This document shows positions 39,543 through 50,806 of a DNA stretch of 64,000 nucleotides, in pieces. The translations under genes were made by a program, and so were the position numbers. Positions within the stretch are counted from its first letter, which is position 1. Each line of letters begins with the position of its first letter. Under the pieces are notes generated by a model that was not told where the DNA came from, ran no database searches, and saw only the letters and a program-made list of their open reading frames with translations. Source of the stretch: Bacillota bacterium (GTDB lineage Bacteria > Bacillota > Sulfobacillia > JABLXB01); the NCBI GenBank assembly GCA_013178305.1, contig JABLXB010000005.1, positions 128,946 through 192,945 of the forward strand. Reading direction: 5' to 3'.

Positions 39543-41861
39543 GTGGCTGTATTGTCGGGGTTCCTCCAGAGGTTGAATACCGACCTCAAATACGAAGCCG
39601 CGGGCCTGGGATTGCTCGCCCTGGCGGCGCTGCTGGTGATGTCGTTCCTCGGCGAGGCGACCGGGGTGGTGGCCGACGCGTTGACCAGGGTGTGTAGGGT
39701 GCTCGTTGGGGACCTTGCGCCTGCGGTTCCGGCTCCCATCGCGGCTCTCGGCATTTTTTTCATGATCAGGCGAAACCTCCCCGCGTTCACTTCCAGGATC
39801 GCCGGAGTCGTCCTGCTCGGCCTCGACTCGGCGCTCATCCTGCACGCGGGTATACCCGCCGGCACCGAGTTCGCGAACGGCACGAGGGGATTCGGCGGCG
39901 GTGTGACAGGCGCTTTCCTGGCCCTGCTCTTGCGCAGGGGGTTCGGGCAATCGGGACTGTATGTGGCCGCTGCGCTTTCCGCGATTGTGGGCGTCGGGCT
40001 GGTTGCTGACGCGGCCCCCGGCCGTATCGCGGGATGGGTCATCGCGAAGGTCATGCGCTGCGTCGAATCGGTGAAGCATTCCGCGGAGCAGTTCCTTTAC
40101 GAGGATGCCGAAGAAGGCGATGCAGCCGTGGAAGACTCCGAACCCCGCGGTCGTGCGTCGCGAAGGTCCGGCGAACGACGGGGAGCGCCACCCACGGCGC
40201 TTCCAGAGGCCGAGCCTACACATCCCGTGGAGGAAGCACTCCCCGAATCGGTGGATCAGGCGGCAGGTCCGGTCTCCCAGCAGGGACGCGGAATGGTGGT
40301 TCCTTTCAGGAAGGCGAAGCGCCAGGCGGGTATTGAAGAGGCCGCCGCGGCGCGCGCCGGGGGCGGAGCTGGCGATGAAGCGCTTCCGCCTCCGCAGGAA
40401 CAGCTTACGCTGGACGTGTCACAGCCTTACGAGATTCCGCCGCTATCCCTCCTCGAAAGGCCACATGCGAGGCCGAGGCTGGGCCGCGGCGACCGCGACG
40501 GCGACGACAAGGCGCGGATCCTGGAGGAAACCCTGGCGAGTTTCGGGGTACAGGCAAAGGTGGTCGAGATAAACCGTGGGCCCGCCATTACCCGGTTCGA
40601 ACTGCAGCCGGGACTCGGGGTGAAAGTCGCCAGCATAACCAGCCTGGCCAACGACATAGCGCTGAACCTTGCGACGCAGGACGTCAGGATAGAGGCGCCG
40701 ATCCCCGGTAAGTCGGCGATCGGGATAGAGGTCCCGAACAGGGAGGTGTCCCTGGTGCATCTCAGGGACATCCTCGACTCGAGGGAATTTAAGGAAGCCC
40801 CCTCCAGGCTAACAGTCGCCCTGGGCAAGGACATAACGGGCAAGGCCCTGGTCTCGAGCCTGGAGAAGATGCTTCACCTGCTGATCGCGGGCGCGACCGG
40901 TTCGGGCAAGAGTGTCTGCATAAACTCGATAATCACCAGCCTGCTCTACAAGGCGAAGCCGAGCGAGGTTAAGATGCTGCTCATCGACCCAAAGATGGTC
41001 GAGTTGAGCGTTTACGACGGTATACCGCACCTGATTTCGCCTGTGGTCACCGACCCCAAGAAAGCGGCGGGCGCGCTCAGGTGGGTCGTGAAGGAGATGG
41101 AACGGCGGTACCAGCAGTTCGTGTCGGCCGGCGTGAGGGACATCCTGAGGTTCAACCAGGCTGCGGCGGGGCAAGGGCTCTTGCCCCTGCCGTACGTGGT
41201 GGTGGTAATCGACGAACTGGCTGACCTCATGATGGTGGCGCCGGTGGACGTCGAGGACGCGATATTCAGGCTGGCGCAGATGGCGAGGGCATCGGGGATC
41301 CACCTCGTCGTGGCGACGCAGAGACCCTCTGTGGACGTCATCACGGGGACTATCAAGGCGAACATACCGTCGCGGATCGCGTTTACCGTCTCCAGCGCCG
41401 TTGACTCCAGGACTATTCTGGATGCGGCGGGCGCCGAAAAACTCGTGGGCAGGGGGGACATGCTGTTCTTCCCCGTCGGGGCCACCAAGCCCGTCCGCGC
41501 CCAGGGCGCATACATCAGCGAAAAGGAACTCGAGCGCGTGGTCTCGTTCGTGGTCGAGCAGGGTAGGCCCGAATTCCAGGTCGCGCTTCCCGAATCGGAG
41601 GGGGAGACCGCCAGGCGGCAGGAGGGGGCGGATGAACTGTTCCCGCAGGCAGTGAGGATAGTGGTGGAAGCGGGCCAGGCGTCCGTATCCCTCCTGCAGC
41701 GGAAGCTCCCGATAGGCTACGCGCGGGCTGCGCGCCTGATCGACGCAATGGAGGAGCGGGGTTTCGTCGGGCCTTATGAGGGGTCCAAACCCCGTGACGT
41801 GCTGCTCTCCTTCCAGGAGTACGAGCGGCTCTTCCGCGACGGGCAGGGTGGCGGTCAGTAG
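39543..41861 (+). CDS. ftsK: DNA translocase FtsK/SpoIIIE
   Basis: N-terminal TM domain, Pro/Ala-rich linker, AAA motor (GATGSGKS Walker A; DELADLMM Walker B) and a C-terminal gamma winged helix. Confidence 0.9.
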   Translation: MAVLSGFLQRLNTDLKYEAAGLGLLALAALLVMSFLGEATGVVADALTRVCRVLVGDLAPAVPAPIAALGIFFMIRRNLPAFTSRIAGVVLLGLDSALILHAGIPAGTEFANGTRGFGGGVTGAFLALLLRRGFGQSGLYVAAALSAIVGVGLVADAAPGRIAGWVIAKVMRCVESVKHSAEQFLYEDAEEGDAAVEDSEPRGRASRRSGERRGAPPTALPEAEPTHPVEEALPESVDQAAGPVSQQGRGMVVPFRKAKRQAGIEEAAAARAGGGAGDEALPPPQEQLTLDVSQPYEIPPLSLLERPHARPRLGRGDRDGDDKARILEETLASFGVQAKVVEINRGPAITRFELQPGLGVKVASITSLANDIALNLATQDVRIEAPIPGKSAIGIEVPNREVSLVHLRDILDSREFKEAPSRLTVALGKDITGKALVSSLEKMLHLLIAGATGSGKSVCINSIITSLLYKAKPSEVKMLLIDPKMVELSVYDGIPHLISPVVTDPKKAAGALRWVVKEMERRYQQFVSAGVRDILRFNQAAAGQGLLPLPYVVVVIDELADLMMVAPVDVEDAIFRLAQMARASGIHLVVATQRPSVDVITGTIKANIPSRIAFTVSSAVDSRTILDAAGAEKLVGRGDMLFFPVGATKPVRAQGAYISEKELERVVSFVVEQGRPEFQVALPESEGETARRQEGADELFPQAVRIVVEAGQASVSLLQRKLPIGYARAARLIDAMEERGFVGPYEGSKPRDVLLSFQEYERLFRDGQGGGQ

Positions 41862-41881
41862 CAGCCGGCTGTGCTTTACAG

Positions 41882-42481
41882 TCAAATTATTCCGAGCGCC
41901 CGCATGGTGGCCGGGCCGGCAACTCCGTCGGTCACCAATCCGGCGCCGGCCTGGAAGCGCCTGACGGCGTAGTCCGTGGCGGGACCGAATACACCATCAG
42001 CCGGGCCCAACAGGTAGCCGAGCAGGATGAGCCGGCTCTGGATCTCGTACACGAGCGGACCGGTCGAGCCGAGTCTCAGGCCGCTCGACGATTCCCCGTA
42101 AGAGCCAACGATGTCCACGGGGGTGCCGATCGGGACGAGCTCGAATATGTGCTCGACGTCGCTGTTGTACATCCTTATACACCCGTTTGAGATCTGTTTG
42201 CTTATTGACCAGGGGGCGTTGGTCCCGTGGATGCCGTAGTTCCCCCACGGGACGTTCAGACCCATCCAGCGCGTGCCCAGGACTTCCCACGAAGGGTTCA
42301 CGGTCTTCACCGCGATCTGCCATGACCCGATGGGGGAGGGCGTGGCCGGCTTTCCGACTGCGCACGGATACGTCGAATACGGGCGACCGCTAAGGTCGAG
42401 TGCGAGCGTCCTGTCGCTGACATTGACGGTGATTCGGGCCTGACCAGGGTACTGCAGAAGGTATCTCGGCACGAAGGCCAT
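41882..42481 (-). CDS. L,D-transpeptidase (YkuD fold) with a C-terminal PG_binding_1 domain
   Basis: HGTN...SNGCIRM catalytic motif. ATG 42481 with a GAGGAGGGG SD. The R-rich N-terminal 200 aa of the track ORF is an in-frame artefact. Confidence 0.8.
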   Translation of the reverse strand: MAFVPRYLLQYPGQARITVNVSDRTLALDLSGRPYSTYPCAVGKPATPSPIGSWQIAVKTVNPSWEVLGTRWMGLNVPWGNYGIHGTNAPWSISKQISNGCIRMYNSDVEHIFELVPIGTPVDIVGSYGESSSGLRLGSTGPLVYEIQSRLILLGYLLGPADGVFGPATDYAVRRFQAGAGLVTDGVAGPATMRALGII

Positions 42482-42543
42482 TACTACCCCTCCTCTGCCA
42501 CATTGTATGAAGGCAGGTTGCGAGGTGAGTGGGGTGTAGACGA

Positions 42544-44137
42544 GTTGATTTCTTGTGGGAGACACAGCAGAACCGCACGTATCGCGCTGCTGACCCTGTT
42601 GTGCTGCGCTGTGACCGCTCCGGCTGCCTCGGCCACGGAGGCTCCGGGCGGATGGCATCAGTACGGCGGGAGCGCGGCGAGGACCCACGAAGCCGCAGGG
42701 GCGTACGGCCTGGCGCTGTACAGGAAATGGTGCGCCAACCTGCCTGCCGGGGTCTACTCCATTCCCGCCACCGGCGCCGGAGCGATATTCGTAGGCTGCG
42801 ACGACGGCGCCCTGTACTCGCTTGACGCCTCTTCCGGGGCGCAGCGATGGTCGTTCAAGCCTGAGAGCGGCGCCAAGTTCCGCTCGGCCCCGGCATACCA
42901 GGGCGGGTTCGTCGTAGCCGCGTCCGCGGACGGGACGGTCTACTGTGTGGATGCCTCCTCGGGCATCGAAAAGTGGCGATTCCCTGCGGGATTGTCGGTT
43001 ACTTCGCCCCTCGCCGTCTCGGGTGACTCGGCGCTGGTCGCCTCCGGGGATGGGCGCGTTTTGCGGATTCGCATGGCCGACGGGCAGCCGGTGTGGCAAT
43101 ACGCCATGCAGGGTGAATTCATGTCATCGGCCCCGTGCGCCGGGGGAGGGGCCGTGTTCGTCACGACCCTCGGCACCAGGGCCGAGGGTGGCTGGGTGTG
43201 CGCGATCGATGAGAACACCGGCGCCCTGCGGTGGAGGACGCAGATTCCCGGCTGGCTGGGCAACACTGTGACGTTCAGCGATGGCAAGGTGATCGTCGCC
43301 AGCACGGGGTTCAAGACAGGCGGCGTCTACTGTCTCGACGCCGCCGGCGGCTCGCTACTCTGGGGTCCGCTGTGCGGGGACAACAACTACTGGAGCCCGC
43401 CGGCCGTATCGGGCGGGAAGGTGTTCGCGGGGAACACGGGCTGGCTATACTGCGCGGACCTCTCCACGGGAGCGGTGCTGTGGAGGTGGCAGGCCCCATC
43501 CGTCACGAGGAAAGCGGGCAGGCGCGCGCAGCAGTACGAGGCGCTCGTCAGGACCCCCATCGTTTCGGGGTCCAGGGTGTACGTGAACACCTGCTTTGAG
43601 GTCCCCGGCCCGAATGACGTCTTCGCCGTCTCGGCCCTGACGGGAGCGACGCTCTGGCGTAATGAAATCCCGGCGAGGCCCGGATCCGGACTGTGCGCGG
43701 GTGATGATTCGATAGTATTGGGTGGCGCCGGCGGCGAGGTGCTTGCTCTCTCTCCGGTGAGCGTATTCTTGAACGGGGTTCGGGTCGCCATGGATGATTC
43801 GCCTCCGTTGATCCTGGAAAGCAGGACCCGGCTCCCTTGCCGGGCGCTGTTTGAGGCCGTGGGGTTCAGGGTAAGATGGAACGGGACGACCCGCACTGTG
43901 ACCTGTGACGACGGTCAGCGGTCAGTCGTGATGGTAGCCGGATCCCGCAGTGCGACGGTGAACGGCGGGGAATTGCAGCTGGAGGCCCCGCTGACCGTTA
44001 TGGGAGGAAGGGCCATGGCGCCGGTCCGCGCCGTTGTGGAGGCGCTGGGCGGGTCGGTTGCCTGGGATCCCGTAAAATACGCTGTCGTCGTGCGGCTCGA
44101 CCGGGCCGTACAGTCGACCGGGGTGGGGTTGCAGTGA
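42544..44137 (+). CDS. secreted PQQ-like beta-propeller repeat protein with a C-terminal copper-amine-oxidase N-terminal-like (cell-wall/S-layer associated) domain
   Basis: Signal peptide ...LLTLLCCAVTAPAASA then TEAP. Repeated G.VY..D..SG...W motifs. C-terminal ...ALFEAVGFRV.WNGTTRTVT... stalk domain. The track start is TTG 42503; TTG 42544 fits the signal peptide better. Confidence 0.7.
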
Positions 44138-45306
44138 GTGTAAATCTGGAGGCTCTCCGGCAGCAGGCGGTCGATGCCGTCGACTCGTTCTCTGATGAGC
44201 TCGTGGGGCTGGCGAAGAGGATTCACGCCAACCCCGAGACCGCCTTCTGCGAACGCCGGGCGTCCGGGTTGCTGATCGATTTCCTCGAGGGCAAGGGATT
44301 CAGAGTCGAGCGGGGCGTCGCCGGGCTCGAAACGGCGTTCAAGGCCTCGTTCGGCCGGGGGTCGCCGTGCGTCGCGGTGCTCTGCGAATACGACGCGCTG
44401 CCGAAGGTGGGACACGCTTGCGGGCACAACATCATAGCCGCCGCAGGCGCGGGAGCCGGCGCGGCGGTTAAAGACGCGCTAAACGGCCTCAAAGGCAGTA
44501 TCGTCGTCATCGGGACGCCAGCCGAGGAATCGGGCGGCGGCAAGATAACGATGCTCGAGAAGGGCGTGTTCAGGGGGGTCGACGCCGCGATGATGGTGCA
44601 CCCCGCCACCAGGACGATGGCGTTCCGGCCGTCGCTGGCGGCTGTCTCGGTGTTCCTGGCGTTCAAGGGCAGGGCGGCGCACGCCGCGGGCGCGCCACAC
44701 GAGGGGATCAACGCGCTCGAGGCAATGATACTCACTTTCACGGGGATCAACGCGCTCAGGCAACACCTCAAGGAAGGCGTCAAGATCCACGGCATCATCA
44801 CGCGCGGCGGTGACGCGGCTAACATTGTGCCCGACCATACTGAAGCCGAGATCCTGGTCAGGGCCAGGACTCGCGAAGGGCTCAACGAGGTGGTGGAGAA
44901 GGTCCGCAGGTGCGCCCAGGGCGCGGGCCTCATGACCGGGGCCACGCCGTCAGTCGAGCTCGGGCTGATGTACGCCGAGAGGAAGGATAACCCCCCAATG
45001 TCGAAGAGGGTCAGCGAGTACTTGAGGCAGATGGGCATGGAGCTGTCCGAATCGGATGTCCGTGACGGAGCGGGTTCCTCCGACATGGGGAACGTCAGCC
45101 AGGAGATACCCGCAATACACCCGTACGTGGCGATTGCGCCCAGGAATGTGCAGCAACATACGGAGGAATTCGCAAGGGCCGCCACCTCGCCAGAGGCGAT
45201 GAAGGCCATTCTGGTCGCGGCCAAGGCGATGGCGATGACGTGCGTGGACCTTCTGGGAGACGGATCTTTCCTGGACAGCGTAAAGCAGGAGTTCAGGAGC
45301 AAGTAG
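44134..45306 (+). CDS. M20 family amidohydrolase/peptidase (M20D, AbgB/hippuricase-like)
   Basis: CEYDALP..GHACGHN metal-binding motif. GTG overlaps the upstream stop. Confidence 0.8.
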   Translation: MSVNLEALRQQAVDAVDSFSDELVGLAKRIHANPETAFCERRASGLLIDFLEGKGFRVERGVAGLETAFKASFGRGSPCVAVLCEYDALPKVGHACGHNIIAAAGAGAGAAVKDALNGLKGSIVVIGTPAEESGGGKITMLEKGVFRGVDAAMMVHPATRTMAFRPSLAAVSVFLAFKGRAAHAAGAPHEGINALEAMILTFTGINALRQHLKEGVKIHGIITRGGDAANIVPDHTEAEILVRARTREGLNEVVEKVRRCAQGAGLMTGATPSVELGLMYAERKDNPPMSKRVSEYLRQMGMELSESDVRDGAGSSDMGNVSQEIPAIHPYVAIAPRNVQQHTEEFARAATSPEAMKAILVAAKAMAMTCVDLLGDGSFLDSVKQEFRSK

Positions 45307-45332
45307 TCTTCGAGGCGGCAGGAGGGGAACAG

Positions 45333-45899
45333 ATGAGGCAGCCGGAGGAGAAGAAGAGCGCCACGGATGCGCAGAGGCGCGGGCTTGTTCTGGTCTACAC
45401 GGGTAACGGTAAGGGGAAGACTACCGCGTCGCTGGGGCTCGCTCTTCGCGCGATCGGGCACGGGTCACGGGTGTTCGTGCTCCAGTTCATGAAAGGGCCC
45501 GGCAACGTGTATGGTGAGTACATGGCGGCCGAGAAATACCTGCCGATGCTGACGATCGTGCGATCCGGCAGGGACGACTTCGTCGACAAGCTGAATCCCG
45601 CCGAGGAGGACGTCAGGTTGGCCCGGCAGGGCTTGGACCTGGCGCGGAAGGTCATCTCGGGCGGAGAGTACGGGCTGGTCATACTGGATGAGATCAACGT
45701 GGCGGTCGACTACCGCCTCGTCGCCCTCACTGACGTGGTGGAACTGTTGAAGGCCCGCCCCTCGCACGTGGACGTGGTGCTCACCGGCAGGTATGCTGCG
45801 CCCGAGATACTGGAGATGGCCGACCTGGTGAGCGAGGTAAACGAGGTCAAGCACCATTACAGGAAGGGAGTCCCCGCGCGCCAGGGCGTGGAGTACTGA
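45333..45899 (+). CDS. cobO: cob(I)yrinic acid a,c-diamide adenosyltransferase (CobO/BtuR type)
   Basis: VLVYTGNGKGKTTA P-loop and LDEINVA. ATG 45333 after a GGCAGGAGGGG SD. The track start at 45240 lies inside the upstream gene. Confidence 0.8.
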   Translation: MRQPEEKKSATDAQRRGLVLVYTGNGKGKTTASLGLALRAIGHGSRVFVLQFMKGPGNVYGEYMAAEKYLPMLTIVRSGRDDFVDKLNPAEEDVRLARQGLDLARKVISGGEYGLVILDEINVAVDYRLVALTDVVELLKARPSHVDVVLTGRYAAPEILEMADLVSEVNEVKHHYRKGVPARQGVEY

Positions 45900-45936
45900 C
45901 CCGGGGCGCGGTGCGTCAAGTTGGGAGGGGTAGCGC

Positions 45937-46611
45937 CTGGCTGAGGAGGTTTCCTTCGCGCTCGCGTTCTGGGCGGGGCTGGCGTCGTTCTTTTCGCCCT
46001 GTTTCCTGCCGCTTCTCCCCGCGTACCTTTCGTCGATTTCCGGACTCTCCGCCTGCGCGGTCTCTACGGAGGCTGCGGGGCGCGCGAGGCGCACGGCCGT
46101 ACTCAATACCCTCCTGTTCGTGTGCGGCTTCACCCTCGTTTTCGTGGCCCTCGGCATGTCGGCGACGGCGGTGGGGGTACTTATCGCGGGTTCCTTGCCC
46201 GCCCTCCGTACCATCTCCGGTGTGTTCGTCCTCGCCATGGGGATACACCTGTCGGGCCTGATACAGGTCCCGTTCGCGCTGCGCGAGCGGCGGATGAGCG
46301 CGCGGGCCGCGGGCCCCCTCGCCCCAGCGCTTCTTGGAGCGACGTTCGGATTTGCGTGGACGCCTTGCGCCGGCCCGATCCTCGCGTCCATCCTGATACT
46401 CGCGTCGCAGCAGGGGACGGTCATCAGGGGCGGAATGCTTCTCCTGGCGTACTCGGCGGGGGTTGCCCTCCCGTTCCTGCTGGCCTCGCTGTTCCTGGAG
46501 CGCGCCGTGCGGCTGGTCTCCCGAATCCGTGGAGGCGCCCCGGTGATCCAGAAGGTGGCCGGGGTCGTGATGGCGCTGCTCGGGATCTCAATAATTGCGG
46601 GGTGGTTCTGA
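45937..46611 (+). CDS. ccdA: cytochrome c-type biogenesis protein CcdA (DsbD family), with a proposed CTG start
   Basis: The frame opens at 45934, after TAG 45931-45933. The conserved N-terminus AFWAGLASFFSPCFLPLLPAYLSSISG is not preceded by any ATG, GTG or TTG. CTG 45937 sits 6 nt after a [10 protein letters not shown]. Confidence 0.7.
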   Translation: MAEEVSFALAFWAGLASFFSPCFLPLLPAYLSSISGLSACAVSTEAAGRARRTAVLNTLLFVCGFTLVFVALGMSATAVGVLIAGSLPALRTISGVFVLAMGIHLSGLIQVPFALRERRMSARAAGPLAPALLGATFGFAWTPCAGPILASILILASQQGTVIRGGMLLLAYSAGVALPFLLASLFLERAVRLVSRIRGGAPVIQKVAGVVMALLGISIIAGWF

Positions 46612-46625
46612 TATCAGGAAGAGTC

Positions 46626-47141
46626 GTGTTACTGCTCGCGCTCGGCGTAGTGGTGGTGGGCGGTGTGATGCTGGCCTTGAACTGGCTCCCGGGCGGGGCG
46701 CCGGCGCCCGCGGCCCCGCAGCCCGCCTCCCAGCAGGACTCGCGTGACTCGTGGAGGCTCAGCGATCTGTCGGGGGAGACCACAGGGCCGGCGGATTATC
46801 AAGGGAAGGTCGTGCTGGTCAATTTCTGGGCGACCCGGTGCGGATACTGCGTGGAGGAGATGCCCGACATGGAGAAGGCGGCTCGCGCGAGGGCCGGTCA
46901 GGTGGCTATTCTCGCGGTGAACTTCGGAGAGTCGCAGAAGGCGGTGGAGTCCTTCCTGTCGGGGAAGGGGTACTCGTTCAGGGTGTTGCTGGATGCCGAA
47001 GGCAAGGTGGCGGCCAGGTACGGGATCAGGGCGCTGCCGACCACGCTCGTGTTTGACAGGGCGGGCAATCTCGTGAGGAAGGTCGAGGGGGCGATTCGGG
47101 AAGCGGCGTTCCTTAAACTGATAGACGAGGCGGCGAAGTAG
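46626..47141 (+). CDS. TlpA/ResA-like membrane-anchored thiol-disulfide oxidoreductase
   Basis: Signal anchor then a thioredoxin fold with a WATRCGYC active site. GTG 46626 just after the ccdA stop. Confidence 0.8.
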   Translation: MLLLALGVVVVGGVMLALNWLPGGAPAPAAPQPASQQDSRDSWRLSDLSGETTGPADYQGKVVLVNFWATRCGYCVEEMPDMEKAARARAGQVAILAVNFGESQKAVESFLSGKGYSFRVLLDAEGKVAARYGIRALPTTLVFDRAGNLVRKVEGAIREAAFLKLIDEAAK

Positions 47142-47200
47142 ACGATCCAGGAATGGCGGCGTGGACGCCGGAACCCAGCGTGGGCGCGGCCGTGGCGTCG

Positions 47201-47890
47201 TCAGGTGACGCGGCGGGCGCCCACCCAGTTTTTCACGTAGAATTGCTTGTCTATGGGCGTGATCGACACTTTCTTCCTCGCGGAACTCGCGTGTATGAAC
47301 GTCCCGTCGCCCAGGTAAATCCCCACGTGTGACGGCCCGGGCTTATACGTCGAGAAAAACACCAGGTCGCCCGCCTGAAGCGCCGACCGCGGGACGGGTG
47401 CCCCGGTCGCGAATTGCTCCACTATGGAGCGAGAGATCCTGATACCCGCCGCGTTCAGGACGTGGTATACGAACCCCGAGCAGTCGAATCCGCGTGGCGT
47501 CGTCCCGCCCCAGACGTAACGCGTGCCCAGGAACTGTCTCGCCACCTCGACGAAACGCTCTACCAGGCCCGGCGCGCCGCTGCGAGCGGCCCTGGAAGGC
47601 TCCGCCTTGCGCAGCGCCTGCAGGGTTGCCGGTCCCGCTATTCCGTCCGCCCTGAGTCCCGCATCCCTCTGGAACGCGAGTACGGAGGCCTTCGTACCGG
47701 GGCCGAACACGCCGTCGGCCCTGCCGGAATAGTATCCCTTCTCCGAGAGCAGGCGCTGCAGGGTCACAACCGCCGGGCCGGACGAACCCTGCTTTATGAC
47801 TCCCGCGGCGGGTGCGCCGAGAGCCACCTGCGAGGAGGCGAGCAGTATGACGGCGAATGCCACCACTGTCAGGGCTGTTCGGGCTCTCAT
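47201..47890 (-). CDS. NlpC/P60 (C40) peptidoglycan endopeptidase with an N-terminal PG_binding_1 domain
   Basis: ATG 47890 with a GGAGGTG SD. Signal peptide MRARTALTVVAFAVILLASSQVALGAPAAG. Catalytic DCSGFV...H motifs. Confidence 0.85.
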   Translation of the reverse strand: MRARTALTVVAFAVILLASSQVALGAPAAGVIKQGSSGPAVVTLQRLLSEKGYYSGRADGVFGPGTKASVLAFQRDAGLRADGIAGPATLQALRKAEPSRAARSGAPGLVERFVEVARQFLGTRYVWGGTTPRGFDCSGFVYHVLNAAGIRISRSIVEQFATGAPVPRSALQAGDLVFFSTYKPGPSHVGIYLGDGTFIHASSARKKVSITPIDKQFYVKNWVGARRVT

Positions 47891-47968
47891 CCGCCACCTC
47901 CGGTTGATGTGAATGGGATAAGCACATATTCGATAGTTCGACGCGATGTGGCAGTATCCTTCCAGACT

Positions 47969-48829
47969 ATGATTCCAGGTGGGGCTTGCGTGCATTCGGA
48001 GCAGGGCGGAAGCCTGTTCGGGGGTTGGGACGAGTTGGCAATAGTAGTGGTTGTCGCAGACGTGGACGGGACTCTCCTTGGGCCGGGCCATTTAGTGGAC
48101 GACGCCGCGAAGGCGGCCGTGAAGGCGGCCCACGAGCGGGGCGCTGTGTTCACGATCGCGACAGGACGGATATTTCACTCCGCGCGAGCAGTGGCGCTCG
48201 AGGCGGGGATCGGGGCGCCGATCATCGCCGGGGGCGGTGCGGTCCTGGGATATCCTGAAGGCGGCGTGATCAGGCGCCTCAATATCGGGAGGGAAATGGC
48301 GCTGGAAATCCTTTGCCGGACCGGCCGGGGTGTCGCCAGGTACGCGTTTGTGAACGACCGCATATATACCGACACGCCGGGACCCCATGTGGCAACGTAT
48401 TCGTCGGCGCTCGGTGTGCCAGTTCAGGTAGTTGGCGACCTCACCGCCGTGGTGAATGATGAGACAACTCACGTAGTGCTCAGGTTGCCCCCATCGGAAG
48501 CCGATGACGTCGTGGGCCGGTTCTCGGGCGAGCTGCGCGGTGTCGCGAGGGTCATGAGGACCTTGCCACACCTGGTCGAATTCGTCCATCCCCTGGTCTC
48601 CAAAGGGCGCGCGATCGAGTACCTGTGCACCCATCTCGGGGTCCCACTATCCGGGGTGCTCGCCGTAGGTGACGGCCTCTCCGATACCGACATGCTCGCC
48701 GTGGCGGGCGTGGGCGTTGCTGTAGCCAACGCCCCGCTGGAGGTCAGGCGCCGGTCGAGGCACGTCACCCGCGAGTCTTACGCCGCCGGGGTGCTGGAGG
48801 CCATACGCGAATTCGTTGGGGCTGGATGA
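47969..48829 (+). CDS. Cof-type HAD-IIB family hydrolase (sugar-phosphatase-like)
   Basis: VVADVDGTLL motif I, and motif IV VGDGLSDTDM. The start is ambiguous: ATG 47969 or TTG about 48034. Confidence 0.75.
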   Translation: MIPGGACVHSEQGGSLFGGWDELAIVVVVADVDGTLLGPGHLVDDAAKAAVKAAHERGAVFTIATGRIFHSARAVALEAGIGAPIIAGGGAVLGYPEGGVIRRLNIGREMALEILCRTGRGVARYAFVNDRIYTDTPGPHVATYSSALGVPVQVVGDLTAVVNDETTHVVLRLPPSEADDVVGRFSGELRGVARVMRTLPHLVEFVHPLVSKGRAIEYLCTHLGVPLSGVLAVGDGLSDTDMLAVAGVGVAVANAPLEVRRRSRHVTRESYAAGVLEAIREFVGAG

Positions 48830-48896
48830 TGTTGCCGGAGTGTGCAGGTTAGCGCCAGCATTGTGAAGAAATAGAACGCAAGAGCGCTGTGAGGAG

Positions 48897-50792
48897 GTGG
48901 TCCGGTTGGCGAAGTTCGCCGCGATTGTCCCGGACAGCTCGCTGGCTTCCACTGTAACTGAGGTCGCACGGGAACTCAGGGAGGACGTCGTGGTCTTCCA
49001 GGCCGGGACCGAGGAAGTGCTCCGAGCCGTCAGGCAGGCCGAGGCGCTCGGCGTGGACGCATTTCTCGCAAAGGGGTTCCTGGCTGAACCCGTCCGGTCC
49101 ATCACGTCGCTTCCGGTCGTGGCGTGCAACCCCGGTCCCCTGGACGTCGTGATGGCGGTGGCGCAGGCGAAGTCCATGGGAAGCCGTGTGGCGCTGCTCC
49201 ATTTCGGCGGGCCCGCGGTGGACCTGGGGGCGCTTGGCGCCGCGATGGGCATCGAACTGGCCGAGTTCACGCCTGGGCGGACGCCGCAGGAGGTCCGCAG
49301 GACTCTGGAGGACATAAAGCGGGCTGGGTACGAAGTGGCCGTCAGCGGGCAGGTCACGGCAGACATGGCCCGGAGTATGGGCCTCAAGGCGGCGACCATC
49401 GGGATCGGAAAGGTATCCGTCAGGCAGGCCATGGAGGCGTGCTCGGAACTCGTGAAAGCGTCCGTGGACGCGGAGGAACGCAGGCTACGGTACTCGGAGG
49501 TCCTCGATGGACTGCCTTTCGGCGTCGTGGCGACGGACCCGAAGGGCATAATCAGGTTGTGCAACAGGGCGGCGGCCGCGCTGGGCGCCGCGACCCCATC
49601 TCAAGTGGGCAAGCCCGCGGCGGAAGCGCTCGCGGGGTCCCCCATACTCGCCACACTGCGCGGGGAGCACTCCGAGGGGCCTAGACTCGCGAAGATCGGC
49701 GAGGCGCGGGTGGCGCTGGAGGCCGTGGCATGGAAGTCGAATGGCCAGAACGTCGGCGCCGTATGCGTCGTGCATGATGTGGGCTACGCCGAGAGGCTTG
49801 TGGACAGGCTCTCGAATCCCGAGGAGACTGCCCCCGAGGTCGCGCCGTTCACTTTCGACGACATCCCCGCGACCAGCTCGCCCATGAAGCAGGCGGTCGA
49901 GCGGGCGCGGCAATACTCGATGAGCGACTCGCCCGTCGTGATCACGGGGGAGCGCGGGACGGGCAAAGAAGTACTAGCGCAGGCGATCCACAACGACAGC
50001 AGGCGCCGCTCGGGCGCGTTCGGCCGCGTGGCGTGCGCCGGCCTGGCCCCGGAAGCGCTGGAGAGACGGCTCTTCGGGCTCGAGAAAGGGGCATTCCCTT
50101 CGGCGAGGAAGTCGGCGCCGGGGGTTTTCGAGGTGTGCAACGGGGGGACCGTATTCCTGGACGAGGTATGGGCGCTCCCCGTTGAGATACAGGACAGGAT
50201 CGTCGCGGTACTCGATCACGGAAGCGCGTGGCGGATCGGAGGGACTGAGCCGAGGGGGGTCGACGCCAGGGTGATCGCCTCGAGTTCTCGCGACCTGAAG
50301 AACCTCGTCGCTTCGGGTGCGTTCTCGGAGGCGCTGTACTGGCGGCTGGCGGGTATGGCCATCGAGGTTGCGCCGCTCAGGGAGCGCGGTGAGGACGTCG
50401 CCGCGCTGTTCACGGGGATCGCCCGGAGACTATCGCCCGATTCGGGGGACCTGGCGCTGTCGCCGCAGGCGGCCGCGAGGCTCCGCCGCCACGAATGGCC
50501 GGGGAACGTGAGAGAACTGGAGGGCCTCGTCAGGCGGCTCGTGGCGGCGCTCAGATCAATGCCGCTCGTCCCCGCCGACGCCGTGGAGCGCATGGTGCTC
50601 GACGACATCGCGGCGGCCCGTGGGAAGCCGGCGCCGGTATCCAGCCTGACCGTGCAGGCGGGTACCCTGGATGAGATGGTCCAGAGCCTTATCGACCAGT
50701 TCGACCACGCTTACGGAGGCAACAGGTCGGAAGTCGCGCGGAGGCTTGGGATAAGCAGGACCACCCTGTGGAAGAAGATGAAAGAGCAGTAG
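48897..50792 (+). CDS. PrpR-like enhancer-binding-protein-type transcriptional regulator (PrpR_N, AAA+ sigma-54 interaction domain, Fis-type HTH) with a degenerate GAFTGA motif
   Basis: Walker A GERGTGKE and ...GGTVFLDEV. The GAFTGA loop reads GAFPSA. C-terminal HTH ([15 protein letters not shown]). The likely start is TTG 48906, six nt after a GAGGAGGTG SD. Confidence 0.85.
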   Translation: MVRLAKFAAIVPDSSLASTVTEVARELREDVVVFQAGTEEVLRAVRQAEALGVDAFLAKGFLAEPVRSITSLPVVACNPGPLDVVMAVAQAKSMGSRVALLHFGGPAVDLGALGAAMGIELAEFTPGRTPQEVRRTLEDIKRAGYEVAVSGQVTADMARSMGLKAATIGIGKVSVRQAMEACSELVKASVDAEERRLRYSEVLDGLPFGVVATDPKGIIRLCNRAAAALGAATPSQVGKPAAEALAGSPILATLRGEHSEGPRLAKIGEARVALEAVAWKSNGQNVGAVCVVHDVGYAERLVDRLSNPEETAPEVAPFTFDDIPATSSPMKQAVERARQYSMSDSPVVITGERGTGKEVLAQAIHNDSRRRSGAFGRVACAGLAPEALERRLFGLEKGAFPSARKSAPGVFEVCNGGTVFLDEVWALPVEIQDRIVAVLDHGSAWRIGGTEPRGVDARVIASSSRDLKNLVASGAFSEALYWRLAGMAIEVAPLRERGEDVAALFTGIARRLSPDSGDLALSPQAAARLRRHEWPGNVRELEGLVRRLVAALRSMPLVPADAVERMVLDDIAAARGKPAPVSSLTVQAGTLDEMVQSLIDQFDHAYGGNRSEVARRLGISRTTLWKKMKEQ

Positions 50793-50806
50793 CGGGGGTG
50801 CATCTG

